DNA from: an uncultured bacterium
GTDB taxonomy: Bacteria; Patescibacteriota; Microgenomatia; UBA1400; PJMF01
DNA length: 64,000 nucleotides
Assembly: GCA_963544615.1 (NCBI GenBank)
Contig: CAUUGB010000001.1
Location: forward strand, 10,388 to 74,387
Reading direction: 5' to 3'
Shown here: one piece after another, positions 1-8,660 of the stretch
How the letters are laid out: each line of letters opens with the position of its first letter
How positions within the stretch are numbered: position 1 is the first letter of the stretch
Position numbers and translations under genes: made by a program
The notes under the pieces: generated by a model
Seen by the model: only the letters and a program-made list of their open reading frames with translations
What the model was told of the DNA's origin: nothing
Databases searched by the model: none

Positions 1-8
1 CTTTAAGT

Positions 9-566
9 GTGCTGGTGGCTTTGGTAATTTTGAGCGTTATTTTAGTAGTGGTGGTTCGTCCAGCTTGGGGTAAAATTACTGCTTTAAGTCAAGAAATCCA
101 ACAATTAGCAACTGATTTGCAAGCACTGGAGCGTAAAGAAGCACGAGTTAAACAAGCAGATACTGCTTATACCGGTATTGTGGCAGATTTACCAGTGATT
201 GATGCCGCTGTGCCTACTTATTCGCAGGTGCCAGCAGTCATGCGGGTGATGGAAAAAATTGCCAGTGAAATTATTGAAAGTGGTGGGGCTTTGGTAATTA
301 ACAAAATCACCATTGCCCAAATGCCCAATGATTTGCCCACTGCGAGTGAATCTGGAAGTAGTAATGCCAAATTGCTCCAGCGCACTCCGGTAGAAGTGAG
401 TCTGAGTTTGCATGGTACCTATGAATCAATCCGTGATTATATTAGTCAGTTGCGCTCCCAGCGTCATAATTACTCTTTAGAAAAAATTGTCTTTTTTTCT
501 TCGGGCAATCAAGAGACTCGTTTTTTGGATGCTAATTTAGTGCTGCGCTATTATTATTATGAATAA
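9..566 (+). CDS. Type IV pilus assembly protein PilO-like (PilN/PilO family), possibly 5'-truncated by the window edge. GTG is taken as the start.
   Basis: There is one N-terminal TM helix followed by a coiled-coil segment and a roughly 130-aa periplasmic-type core. This is the architecture typical of PilN/PilO. Prepilin genes occur elsewhere in the window. Assignment is by architecture only. Confidence 0.4.
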   Translation: MLVALVILSVILVVVVRPAWGKITALSQEIQQLATDLQALERKEARVKQADTAYTGIVADLPVIDAAVPTYSQVPAVMRVMEKIASEIIESGGALVINKITIAQMPNDLPTASESGSSNAKLLQRTPVEVSLSLHGTYESIRDYISQLRSQRHNYSLEKIVFFSSGNQETRFLDANLVLRYYYYE

Positions 567-571
567 TTATT

Positions 572-1006
572 ATGGATAGACACTTACTTAACAAATTAAT
601 TATTTTTGCGGTGCTGATTATTTTTGGCTTGGTGGGTTATTTGGTGGTAGTTAACTTACTCATTCCCCCAGAGGTACCAGTGAGTGCCAATGTGGCTCGG
701 GTATTGCAGGGTAATGTTGACCCCCAGCTTAATACTCAAGCTTTAGCACTGATGCGCTCTAGGAGTGATTATCAGCAAGCCAGCTTAGCTGCTTTTGAAA
801 TTTATCTAGAGGATATTATGAATACTGCCAACGATAACACCCAGGTGCTACATTTATTTTTTTTAGATCCCGTCACTCCTTTAGACAGGGATTATCCACG
901 AGTGCTCGAGCATTTGACTGTTGCTACCGCTAGTGGGGCTCCAAGTGAGTGGCAACTGGAGGCAAGTATGGCGGGTAGTTTAATACAGACAGGATTTAAT
1001 AATTGA
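572..1006 (+). CDS. Hypothetical membrane-anchored protein, possibly a pilus-assembly accessory.
   Basis: The ORF has a single N-terminal TM helix (LIIFAVLIIFGLVGYLVVVNLLI). It lies immediately downstream of the PilO-like gene with a 5-nt gap. No recognisable catalytic motif was found. Confidence 0.35.
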   Translation: MDRHLLNKLIIFAVLIIFGLVGYLVVVNLLIPPEVPVSANVARVLQGNVDPQLNTQALALMRSRSDYQQASLAAFEIYLEDIMNTANDNTQVLHLFFLDPVTPLDRDYPRVLEHLTVATASGAPSEWQLEASMAGSLIQTGFNN

Positions 1007-1059
1007 TTGATAGCAAGCTTTGGCTTGCAACAGTAGTAAAATATGATAGAATGATGAAT

Positions 1060-1395
1060 ATGCGTAAATCTGTTTTTATTTTTCTTTTAGCTTTTTTATT
1101 ATCGGCAACTAGTGCTGCCGCTCAGGGGGTGAGTGCTCCAGCGCGGAGTGTGGCTACACCTCCCGCTCGAGCAGTGGCCGCGGCTAATTCTTCCGCAGTG
1201 CCTTTAGCTCCTCCCTCAGTGGTGCCTACTACGCCTACTCCCACCCCAGTGGTAGTGGCGGCTACTCCTACTCCAGTAGCAACTCGTTCAGCTCAGCCAG
1301 TTACAGGAGTGGCTGATTACACTTACGCTTTAATGCTGGTTGGCTTACTGCTTTGTGCTGGAGTGGCTTACCGGGTGTATAGCAAAAATAATTAA
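1060..1395 (+). CDS. Small secreted Thr/Pro-rich surface protein with a C-terminal QPVTG + TM + basic-tail sorting-signal-like sequence.
   Basis: Signal peptide MRKSVFIFLLAFLLSATSAAAQG. Low-complexity linker PTTPTPTPVVVAATPTP. C-terminus QPVTGVADYTYALMLVGLLLCAGVAYRVYSKNN, i.e. an LPXTG-like pentapeptide followed by a hydrophobic span and a positive tail. The ORF track starts at 1003, but M20 (1060) gives a clean signal peptide. Confidence 0.5.
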   Translation: MRKSVFIFLLAFLLSATSAAAQGVSAPARSVATPPARAVAAANSSAVPLAPPSVVPTTPTPTPVVVAATPTPVATRSAQPVTGVADYTYALMLVGLLLCAGVAYRVYSKNN

Positions 1396-1418
1396 ACCAT
1401 TAAGGTGAAAATAAAAAT

Positions 1419-1760
1419 ATGACAAAAAAAATTCTTTTAGCTTTGTTGCTGTTGACTTTAAGCACTCAGGCAGTAGCAGCCCAGACTTCTATTACTCCTC
1501 GCAGTAATACCCAGTTTAGTGCCGCTGCTTCTCCCACTCCCGCCCCAGCGGTAGTCACTCCGGTGCCTACTCCTACTCCGGTGGCGGTAGCCACCACTAC
1601 CAAAGGTGGGGTGGTTACTAGTGCGGTTAATACTGCTAGCACCACCGCTACCACTAAGGGTGGCATGCCAGTGACTGGCACCATGCATCAGGCAGTGTTA
1701 TTAGCTTTTTTAGGTTTGTCACTAATGAGTTGGGCAGCCTACAAAGTGGCGCGCGTTTAA
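1419..1760 (+). CDS. Small secreted Thr/Pro/Ala-rich surface protein with a C-terminal MPVTG + TM + basic-tail sorting-signal-like sequence. It is a paralogue of the upstream gene.
   Basis: Signal peptide MTKKILLALLLLTLSTQAVAAQ. Linker PTPAPAVVTPVPTPTPVAVATTT. C-terminus GGMPVTGTMHQAVLLAFLGLSLMSWAAYKVARV. It has the same architecture as 1060-1395. Confidence 0.5.
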   Translation: MTKKILLALLLLTLSTQAVAAQTSITPRSNTQFSAAASPTPAPAVVTPVPTPTPVAVATTTKGGVVTSAVNTASTTATTKGGMPVTGTMHQAVLLAFLGLSLMSWAAYKVARV

Positions 1761-1919
1761 TCTCGTTTGACTTTTTGTCAGGGTTGATTTTATTAGTGTT
1801 TTTTGCTCGTCTTTATGGGAGTGAAAATTTGCGAGTAGCAGTGCTGGAGTTAAAATAACTTCACTCCTGCGGAAGCAGATTTTACTCTTAAAGAAATTCT
1901 CCAATTCAACCAAAGAAAA

Positions 1920-2453
1920 TTAGCCTTTTTCCATTTGCCACACTGCTTCTCCCCAGGTGTCCCAGCTGAGGCGATTTTCGTCTGGATTTTGGGGATCAAA
2001 TTGCTGGGTAACAGCATAAAACAAAGCCATGGGTCGCTGGTAAATATTAGCGCAGCCGTGAGCCACTCCCTCGGGAATGACCAAGAGTTGATTTTTACCG
2101 GCTCCTAAAACATAAGTAGCATGGTGGTCAAAAGTGGGGCTGTCTTGGCGCAAGTCGTGCAAATTAACTAGCAGTCTGTCATATGGGGGGCAGAACCAAA
2201 CATCTTTTTGGTGGAGATGATAGTGATAGGCTTTAATTGCCCCGGGCATCACATAAGACCAATTAAGTTGTCTAATTACCACCTCTTGTGCTACCCCAGC
2301 AATTTTACCCTCATCATAGCGCAAAATTTCCGCAAAATTACCATCAACGGTATTAAACCAATTATTAACTACAAGTTCCACTCCTTCAATAGTTTGTTTT
2401 TGACTGTAATTTTGTACTTGTGATTGTTGTCGATATTTTTTGTTAATGAACAT
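1920..2453 (-). CDS. rfbC: dTDP-4-dehydrorhamnose 3,5-epimerase
   Basis: The protein is 177 aa with cupin-type RmlC motifs (WFCPPY, IPEGVAHG). It is the last gene of a three-gene rml operon on the minus strand. Confidence 0.85.
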   Translation of the reverse strand: MFINKKYRQQSQVQNYSQKQTIEGVELVVNNWFNTVDGNFAEILRYDEGKIAGVAQEVVIRQLNWSYVMPGAIKAYHYHLHQKDVWFCPPYDRLLVNLHDLRQDSPTFDHHATYVLGAGKNQLLVIPEGVAHGCANIYQRPMALFYAVTQQFDPQNPDENRLSWDTWGEAVWQMEKG

Positions 2454-3333
2454 AGCTTTTTGCCTTTGCTACTGCTTGCTTAATTGTTAATAAAGGAAAA
2501 TCCAGTGCTGCCTTGAGTTTGCTGTTATCCATGGCAGTGTTTTTTTGATAGGGACGCTGGATAGTTTGCAAATATGCTTGCAGATCACCTTTAGTTACTG
2601 AAGCATTAATTTCAAGAGTATCGGCTACCATTTGGGCAAAAGCAAAATCTGACCACTGCTCTCCACTGCTAGCATGATAAATTCCTTGTGGTTGATGTTT
2701 GAGGCACCAAGAAAAAATTTTGACTAAATCATCAATATAAGTGGGACCAAAAAAATGATTGCTGAATTGGGGATAGAGAGTTCCTTGCTGCAAACCATTA
2801 ATCACCCGGTGCAAGGTGTCAGCTTTCTTAAAAGGTAAATGAGTAAAAGGCTGATCAATGCGTAAAATTACATTTTTACCTCCAGCATTAAGAATGGCTT
2901 CTTCGCTGGCTGCCTTGGTTTGTCCATACCATTCAATTGGGGCAGGAGCGTCAGCTTCGGTATATAAACCCTCTTTGTCGCCAGAAAACACAAAAGCGGT
3001 TGAAGTGTAGAGTAAATACCAACCACGTTTTTGGCAAGCCTTGGCAATATGTTGGCTGCCCACCACATTGGTTTGCCAAGCAGGAGCCAACTTATCTCCT
3101 TGCTGTTGCCAAGCAGCATTCACATCGGTAAAAGCTGCCAGGTGGATCATAGCGGTAGCCTGAGGGTATTGCTCCAAAGCGCTCTCTAGTGCCCTTTGGT
3201 CGGTAATATCCACCCGCCCATCGTCAGCGCTGCGCAAAGGAGTTAAAGTATAATCTGCCGCCAATAAAGATAAAGTTCGGCTGCCAATTAATCCACTTGC
3301 TCCGGTAATAATAATTTGTGGTTTACTGTTCAT
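2443..3333 (-). CDS. rfbD: dTDP-4-dehydrorhamnose reductase
   Basis: N-terminal Rossmann motif ITGASGLIGS. Length (296 aa) and position between RmlB and RmlC fit RmlD. It overlaps rfbC by 11 nt. Confidence 0.8.
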   Translation of the reverse strand: MNSKPQIIITGASGLIGSRTLSLLAADYTLTPLRSADDGRVDITDQRALESALEQYPQATAMIHLAAFTDVNAAWQQQGDKLAPAWQTNVVGSQHIAKACQKRGWYLLYTSTAFVFSGDKEGLYTEADAPAPIEWYGQTKAASEEAILNAGGKNVILRIDQPFTHLPFKKADTLHRVINGLQQGTLYPQFSNHFFGPTYIDDLVKIFSWCLKHQPQGIYHASSGEQWSDFAFAQMVADTLEINASVTKGDLQAYLQTIQRPYQKNTAMDNSKLKAALDFPLLTIKQAVAKAKSYVH

Positions 3334-3349
3334 AGATACTCTCTCTAAG

Positions 3350-4360
3350 TTACTGACTAGAAGTCTTAAAATTAGCGGCTCGCTTCAGGAGTGGCTGCCA
3401 CCAACTTTGATGATTTTTATACCAAGCAATAGTTTGGGCAATCCCAGTTTCTAAGCTAACTTGGGGTTGCCAGGAAAGAGTTTGGGCGGTTTGGCTCCAA
3501 TCCACACTGTAACGGCGATCATGACCGGGTCTGTCGGTAACATAGGTAATTTCTTCAGCTGGATTTTTCCCCATTTGGGTAATGATGATTTCTAGCACTT
3601 GGCGATTGGAAACATCTTTTTGCAGCCCTCCTACTAAAAAGGTTTTTCCCTTAACTCCGGCATTTAAGACCGCCTCAATGGCCAAAACGTGGTCTTGTAC
3701 AAACAGCCAATCGCGCACATTGAGTCCATCCCCATATAAAGGCACTTTTTTGCCTTGGAGAAGATTGGTAATTGCCAGGGCAAAAAGTTTTTCGGGGAAT
3801 TGATAAGGGCCATAATTATTAGAACAATTAGTAATGGTGTAACTTAAGCCATAAGTATCACCATAAGCGCGCACCAAGTGGTCGCTACCCGCTTTGCTGG
3901 CAGAATAAGGTGAGTGGGGGTCATAGGCAGAATTGAGGGTAAACTTTTGCTCGCCTTTAAGTGGTAGGGAACCAAAAACTTCATCAGTGCTAATGTGATG
4001 AAAATGACCCACCTTATTTTTAACTACTGCTTCCAGCAGTACCAGCGTTCCTAAAACATTAGTTTGTAAAAAAGCTGTGGGGTTAACAATGGAGCGATCC
4101 ACATGAGACTCTGCGGCAAAGTGAACAATTAAATCGATATTTTGACACAGCTGATTAACCAACTTTTCGTTGGTAATATCGCCATGCACAAAGTGGTATT
4201 GAGGTAGTTTTTCGCAGTCGCTTAAATTAGCTAGATTACCCGCATAGGTGAGAGCGTCTAAGTTAATAATTTGGTCGTGGGGATAAGTTTTTAAGTGATG
4301 GCGAATAAAATTGCTGCCAATAAAACCCGCTCCCCCGGTAACTAAAATTTTTCGCTGCAT
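3350..4360 (-). CDS. rfbB: dTDP-glucose 4,6-dehydratase
   Basis: KILVTGGAGFIGSNF NAD-binding motif. A YxxxK-containing SDR catalytic region is present (YSASKAGSDHLVRAY). The length is 336 aa. Confidence 0.9.
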   Translation of the reverse strand: MQRKILVTGGAGFIGSNFIRHHLKTYPHDQIINLDALTYAGNLANLSDCEKLPQYHFVHGDITNEKLVNQLCQNIDLIVHFAAESHVDRSIVNPTAFLQTNVLGTLVLLEAVVKNKVGHFHHISTDEVFGSLPLKGEQKFTLNSAYDPHSPYSASKAGSDHLVRAYGDTYGLSYTITNCSNNYGPYQFPEKLFALAITNLLQGKKVPLYGDGLNVRDWLFVQDHVLAIEAVLNAGVKGKTFLVGGLQKDVSNRQVLEIIITQMGKNPAEEITYVTDRPGHDRRYSVDWSQTAQTLSWQPQVSLETGIAQTIAWYKNHQSWWQPLLKRAANFKTSSQ

Positions 4361-4569
4361 AGATTTTCTTTCAAAGTTAACTGCTGTTGTAGGACATCAA
4401 TTTTTTCTTGCGCCTTTTCCAGCTTGACTGCTAAATAGCTACTGGTAAAAGCTAAAATCACCAGCCCCATCACGCTCAATCTCCAACACCACCGTCGCCA
4501 TTGTTTGACTTGGGGGTCGTTGGCAGCAGAGTCAATTTGCACTTGTAACACCCCACTATTATATACCAC
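4342..4569 (-). CDS. Small hypothetical membrane protein upstream of and overlapping the rfbB start.
   Basis: The 75-aa ORF has one TM helix (LSVMGLVILAFTSSYLAV). It overlaps the rfbB start by 19 nt. It may be spurious. Confidence 0.25.
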   Translation of the reverse strand: MVYNSGVLQVQIDSAANDPQVKQWRRWCWRLSVMGLVILAFTSSYLAVKLEKAQEKIDVLQQQLTLKENLCSEKF

Positions 4570-4680
4570 CGCGCTGGCAGAGCTAACTTAAATTCCCGCT
4601 ATCATGTTCACTCGAATATTTAACTACCAGTATGGTTTTAGCTTTCCTAGCACTTCAAATTTGCTGTTATAATTTCCCTT

Positions 4681-4899
4681 ATGTCCACTCAAAAAAATTT
4701 ATTGAGACAAATTTTATTGGCCGCTGTAGATAGCGGTGAGTTATTGGCAATTTATAATCAGATAGATAATCTGGATACTTTTTGGGTGGGCAAAGTGATT
4801 AAGTTTGATGAATTAGCAGATACAGTTTTATTTGCAGCATACAATGATGTCGGTTTACGTAGCGGTTGGCGAGTATTGCCATTTGAGCAGATTTGGTAA
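4681..4899 (+). CDS. Hypothetical protein
   Basis: 72-aa ORF preceded by an AT-rich promoter-like region. No recognisable motifs. Confidence 0.3.
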   Translation: MSTQKNLLRQILLAAVDSGELLAIYNQIDNLDTFWVGKVIKFDELADTVLFAAYNDVGLRSGWRVLPFEQIW

Positions 4900-4929
4900 A
4901 TTAATCGCTACGATGATTATGTAAAGGCT

Positions 4930-5292
4930 TTGCAAACTAGTATCACTTTAATTGATAAGGGAGCATTAAATGGATTAATTCAAATGCCTCACCCTCATTT
5001 GCCACCTTTATTGGCACTTAAGTCATTAACTTTGTCGGCAATTTTGCAACTTTGTCAGCAACAGCAGTGGTTTACCGGTATGACCTTAAATTTTAGCGGC
5101 GACCCAGAAATTTATGGCTATCTTAAAGCTGTTTCTCATGATAGTTTTGTCTTGACTGCTTATTCATTGCTGGGAGAATTAGAGGGTGAACAAACTCTTT
5201 TTATCAAAGATATTCAATCACTGGTGTGGCAAAATTATCAGTCTTTAGTGCGCGAGCGTCTGGTTTTGGCTCGCAAACAGTCTGCGGTTTAA
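4930..5292 (+). CDS. Hypothetical protein (TTG start)
   Basis: 120-aa ORF with normal-looking composition. No recognisable motifs. Confidence 0.3.
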   Translation: MQTSITLIDKGALNGLIQMPHPHLPPLLALKSLTLSAILQLCQQQQWFTGMTLNFSGDPEIYGYLKAVSHDSFVLTAYSLLGELEGEQTLFIKDIQSLVWQNYQSLVRERLVLARKQSAV

Positions 5293-5320
5293 ATTCCCGC
5301 TATAGTGAGGGTGATGGCTT

Positions 5321-5746
5321 TTAATTTTTAGGTTGAGTGTCTTTGATTTGATGATAAAATTCTAACAAAGTGCGCCAAACGTTAACAACTTTATCTCTGG
5401 AGGAATTTTTTTGATAAAAAATTAAGTCAGCAGCAAGTAAACACATGGCACCCACATCACTAAAGTCTTTATCCATAAATAAAAATGATAGCTGCGAATT
5501 CAAATTCACATAAGCACTCAGTGATAAATCATTGAGCAAATACGCTTCTAAGAGAAAACAAAAAAGACTTTCTGCTTGTTTTTCATTAATTAATTCTAGC
5601 TGCTTAATTTGGAGAGTTTTTAGGTAAGTGGTGAGTTTTGCTGCTGCTGATTTTGAGACATATTGGTGTGTAACTGGTAGATATTTATTTGGTGGCATAG
5701 TTTGTTTGACATCACCAACACCTCTATTTTGGTAGTTGTGAAGCAT
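5321..5746 (-). CDS. Hypothetical protein
   Basis: 141-aa ORF, convergent with the upstream plus-strand genes. No recognisable motifs. Confidence 0.35.
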   Translation of the reverse strand: MLHNYQNRGVGDVKQTMPPNKYLPVTHQYVSKSAAAKLTTYLKTLQIKQLELINEKQAESLFCFLLEAYLLNDLSLSAYVNLNSQLSFLFMDKDFSDVGAMCLLAADLIFYQKNSSRDKVVNVWRTLLEFYHQIKDTQPKN

Positions 5747-5902
5747 TCCGATTATAGTATATGTTTTAAATTATTAAGGCAATTACTTTATCTTAAGTGA
5801 GTGGAGAGAAAAATTTGCTCAATAATGCGTGTGAGCTAAAACTACCTACTGGTAGCATTGAGCCGGAGTTATGATGAGAGTGTGATATACTCTCTTACAT
5901 CC

Positions 5903-7312
5903 ATGGCAAAAAAACAACCTAATTTACTCCGTCAATATTTATGGATTTTATTGCTAACCGTGGGGTGTTTTTTGCTGGCTTTACCCAGCCGTTTTACTCT
6001 TTGGGGAGTAAATTTTGACAAAAGCCGTCTCCACTTAAAAGTTGGGGAAAAAGATTGGCATTTGGCAGTGCCACTACAATTGGGTTTAGATTTAGCTGGG
6101 GGCGTGCAATTAACTCTCAAAGCAGATATGTCACGCATTGCGCCAGCAGACCGCTTAGCTGCTTTAGAGTCGGCAGTGGAGGTAGTGCGCTCGCGGGTAG
6201 ACGCTTATGGTTTGGCAAGCCCTAATATTCAAACTGCCGTTTATGGCGATGATTATCGGGTGCTAGTGGAGCTGCCAGGATTAAGCGATGTTTCCCAAGC
6301 ATTATCTTTAATTGGCACCACTGCCCGCATGGATTTTCGTCTGCAAAATGCTTCTGCTGCTGCCGCTTTAGCAGCTAGTCCGCCAGCGAGTGGGGCTGCT
6401 GAGCGCTTACAATATTACTTGGATTTTTTGGGTTCTTTTACTCCCACCCCTTTACAGGGCGCCATGCTCAAGCGCGCTACCGCCGGCTTTGACCCCCAAA
6501 CCCATCAGTCGATTATTTCTTTAGAATTTACTCCAGAGGGCAAAGAAATTTTTGCGCAATTAACCAAAGAGCATACGGGAGAAGTGATGGGGATTTTTAT
6601 TGATGGCGTGCCCGTGACCGCGCCCACCATTAATACTCCCATTGTTGATGGTCATGCCATGATCACCGGTAATTTTAGTGTGGCAGAAACTAAACGTTTA
6701 GCGGTGCAACTTAATTCTGGAGCCCTACCCGTTCCTTTAGAAGTGCTCTCTCAATCGCAAGTGGGAGCCAGTTTGGGTGATGACTCCATTCGCCAATCAG
6801 TTTTTGCTGGCTTGGTTGGTTTGGGTTTGGTGGGTCTTTTTATGGTGCTTAATTATGGACGAGCGGGACTGCTGGCAACAGCGGGCTTGCTGATTTATGC
6901 TGCCATTATTATTGCTGTTTACAAGCTCTTTCGCGTTACCCTCACTTTGCCTGCTATTGCCGCTTTAATGATTTCAATTGGGATGGCAGTGGATGCTAAT
7001 ATTTTAATTTTTTCGCGACTGAAAGAAGAGCTGGCTTTAGGTAAAGCTTGGCAGTTAGCTAGAGAAGCGAGCTTTGGTCGAGCATGGGAGAGTATTCGTG
7101 ACGCTAATGTGATTACGATGATGACCGCTTTAATTTTAATTAACCCGGGAGATTTTTCTTTTTTAAATACTTCTGGTACTATCAGAGGTTTTGGGATTAC
7201 TTTGCTTTTGGGGGTAGGAGTGGGACTTTTTACCAGTGTGGTGGTGACGCGAACTTTAATGAGATTGTTTTTACAGGCACCCGCCACCCCTAAATTGGAG
7301 ACCAAGCGATGA
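5903..7312 (+). CDS. secD: Protein translocase subunit SecD
   Basis: N-terminal TM helix, a large periplasmic domain, then a C-terminal six-TM bundle with the SecD/SecF family signature region (GASLGDDSIRQS...LNYGRAGLLA). It is followed directly by secF. The ORF track starts at 5858, but MAKKQPN at 5903 is the more likely start. Confidence 0.85.
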   Translation: MAKKQPNLLRQYLWILLLTVGCFLLALPSRFTLWGVNFDKSRLHLKVGEKDWHLAVPLQLGLDLAGGVQLTLKADMSRIAPADRLAALESAVEVVRSRVDAYGLASPNIQTAVYGDDYRVLVELPGLSDVSQALSLIGTTARMDFRLQNASAAAALAASPPASGAAERLQYYLDFLGSFTPTPLQGAMLKRATAGFDPQTHQSIISLEFTPEGKEIFAQLTKEHTGEVMGIFIDGVPVTAPTINTPIVDGHAMITGNFSVAETKRLAVQLNSGALPVPLEVLSQSQVGASLGDDSIRQSVFAGLVGLGLVGLFMVLNYGRAGLLATAGLLIYAAIIIAVYKLFRVTLTLPAIAALMISIGMAVDANILIFSRLKEELALGKAWQLAREASFGRAWESIRDANVITMMTALILINPGDFSFLNTSGTIRGFGITLLLGVGVGLFTSVVVTRTLMRLFLQAPATPKLETKR

Positions 7313-8238
7313 AATTTTATCGTCACTACTGGATTTATTTTTTGTTTTCGGCGGTCTTTCTTTTGCCAGGATTGGTGGCTTTAGGATATTTTCGTTTGCG
7401 CCCGGGAATTGATTTTACTGGGGGGTCACTCCTAACTATTGCTGCCCTGCCGGCAGCCAGTAATAGTGCCCAGTTATCATCACCTCCAGTTTTAAGTGAA
7501 ACACTGGTACGGGAGAGTTTGGGTAGTGAGGTTTATTTATCCAGTGTGCAGCAAAATAGTCGCGGCGAGTTGATTTTGCGTTTGCCGCCTATTAGCGATG
7601 AGCAAAGGCAGGCAATTTTAGCTTCGGTAAGTGCCCAATTGCCGGTGGAACAAGTTAGTTTTGCGGCCGTGGGAGCGATGATGGGTAAAGAATTAATTAG
7701 TAAAACCTTAATCGCTTTACTGGTGGCTTCCATATTATTAATTATTTACTTAAGGCTGCGTTTCCAAGAAATTTCTTTTGGAGTAGCAGCTTTTACTGGC
7801 GTAGTGCACGATGTGCTAATTATTTGTGGCATTTTTAGTATTTTGGGGGCGTGGTTAGGAGTGGAGGTGGACGTGCTTTTTGTCACGGCTCTTTTAACCA
7901 CTATTTCTTTTTCGGTGCACGATACGGTGGTGATTTACGATCGCATTAGAGAATTAAAAAAGAAATTTCCCACTGCTAATTTAAGGCAGTTAGCAGAAGC
8001 TGCCGTCACTGCCACCATTTCGCGCTCTTTTAATAATTCACTCACGGTAGTTTTTATGTTGGCTGCTTTGCTGCTGTTGGGTGGAGCAAGTTTGCATTAT
8101 TTTGCCCTTGCTTTGCTTTTGGGCGTGATTTTTGGCACCTATTCTTCGCCTTTTCATTCGGTGCCCATGATTTTATTTTTAGCTGATTGCAAGGCGTATT
8201 ATCATCAAAAACGTTTGGCGAGGAAAAAATTATCATGA
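7309..8238 (+). CDS. secF: Protein translocase subunit SecF
   Basis: The 309-aa protein has SecF topology and conserved C-terminal TM bundle. It overlaps the secD stop by 4 nt. Confidence 0.85.
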   Translation: MKFYRHYWIYFLFSAVFLLPGLVALGYFRLRPGIDFTGGSLLTIAALPAASNSAQLSSPPVLSETLVRESLGSEVYLSSVQQNSRGELILRLPPISDEQRQAILASVSAQLPVEQVSFAAVGAMMGKELISKTLIALLVASILLIIYLRLRFQEISFGVAAFTGVVHDVLIICGIFSILGAWLGVEVDVLFVTALLTTISFSVHDTVVIYDRIRELKKKFPTANLRQLAEAAVTATISRSFNNSLTVVFMLAALLLLGGASLHYFALALLLGVIFGTYSSPFHSVPMILFLADCKAYYHQKRLARKKLS

Positions 8239-8465
8239 CTACTCCTTTAAGTAACCGTGAGCGTTTAATTTTACCATTGGCTAACACTGTGGCTGTTTTG
8301 GTGGTTTTGCTTTATTTATATTTAATTTCTTCGGCGGCACCTTTTTGGCAAACTGCGCCGTCATTACCACTGGAGCCCAATTTGCTTGCTAGTGAGAGCG
8401 CTACTTTAAGCTCCTCAGGTTCTTCTCACACTTTGCCAGCTTTAGATAACAGTTCCCAGCAATAA
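8235..8465 (+). CDS. Small membrane protein translationally coupled to secF.
   Basis: Its ATG overlaps the secF TGA stop (ATGA). The 77-aa product has one TM helix (VAVLVVLLYLYLISSAAPF) and a Ser-rich tail. Confidence 0.3.
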   Translation: MTTPLSNRERLILPLANTVAVLVVLLYLYLISSAAPFWQTAPSLPLEPNLLASESATLSSSGSSHTLPALDNSSQQ

Positions 8466-8660
8466 AGTTTTTGGCAGATTTTAGGTACCATGAGCGGCAG
8501 GAGTAGCTGTACTTCTTGATGACGCCACTCCTTTTTGCCACTAGTTTTTGGTGGCAGCCACTTGGAGTTTTTTATCAGTTTAAGAGGGTAATAATTTGGT
8601 GCAGATAAGTTTTTATATCACATTCATACTTTGATGTCTGCTTTATGTTAAAATAATCAT

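Noticed and set aside
1458-1688. Minus-strand ORFs (76 and 72 aa) inside the second PVTG protein gene
   Set aside because: They are the antisense of a Thr/Pro/Ala-rich low-complexity coding region. The sense ORF has a signal peptide and a sorting-signal-like tail.
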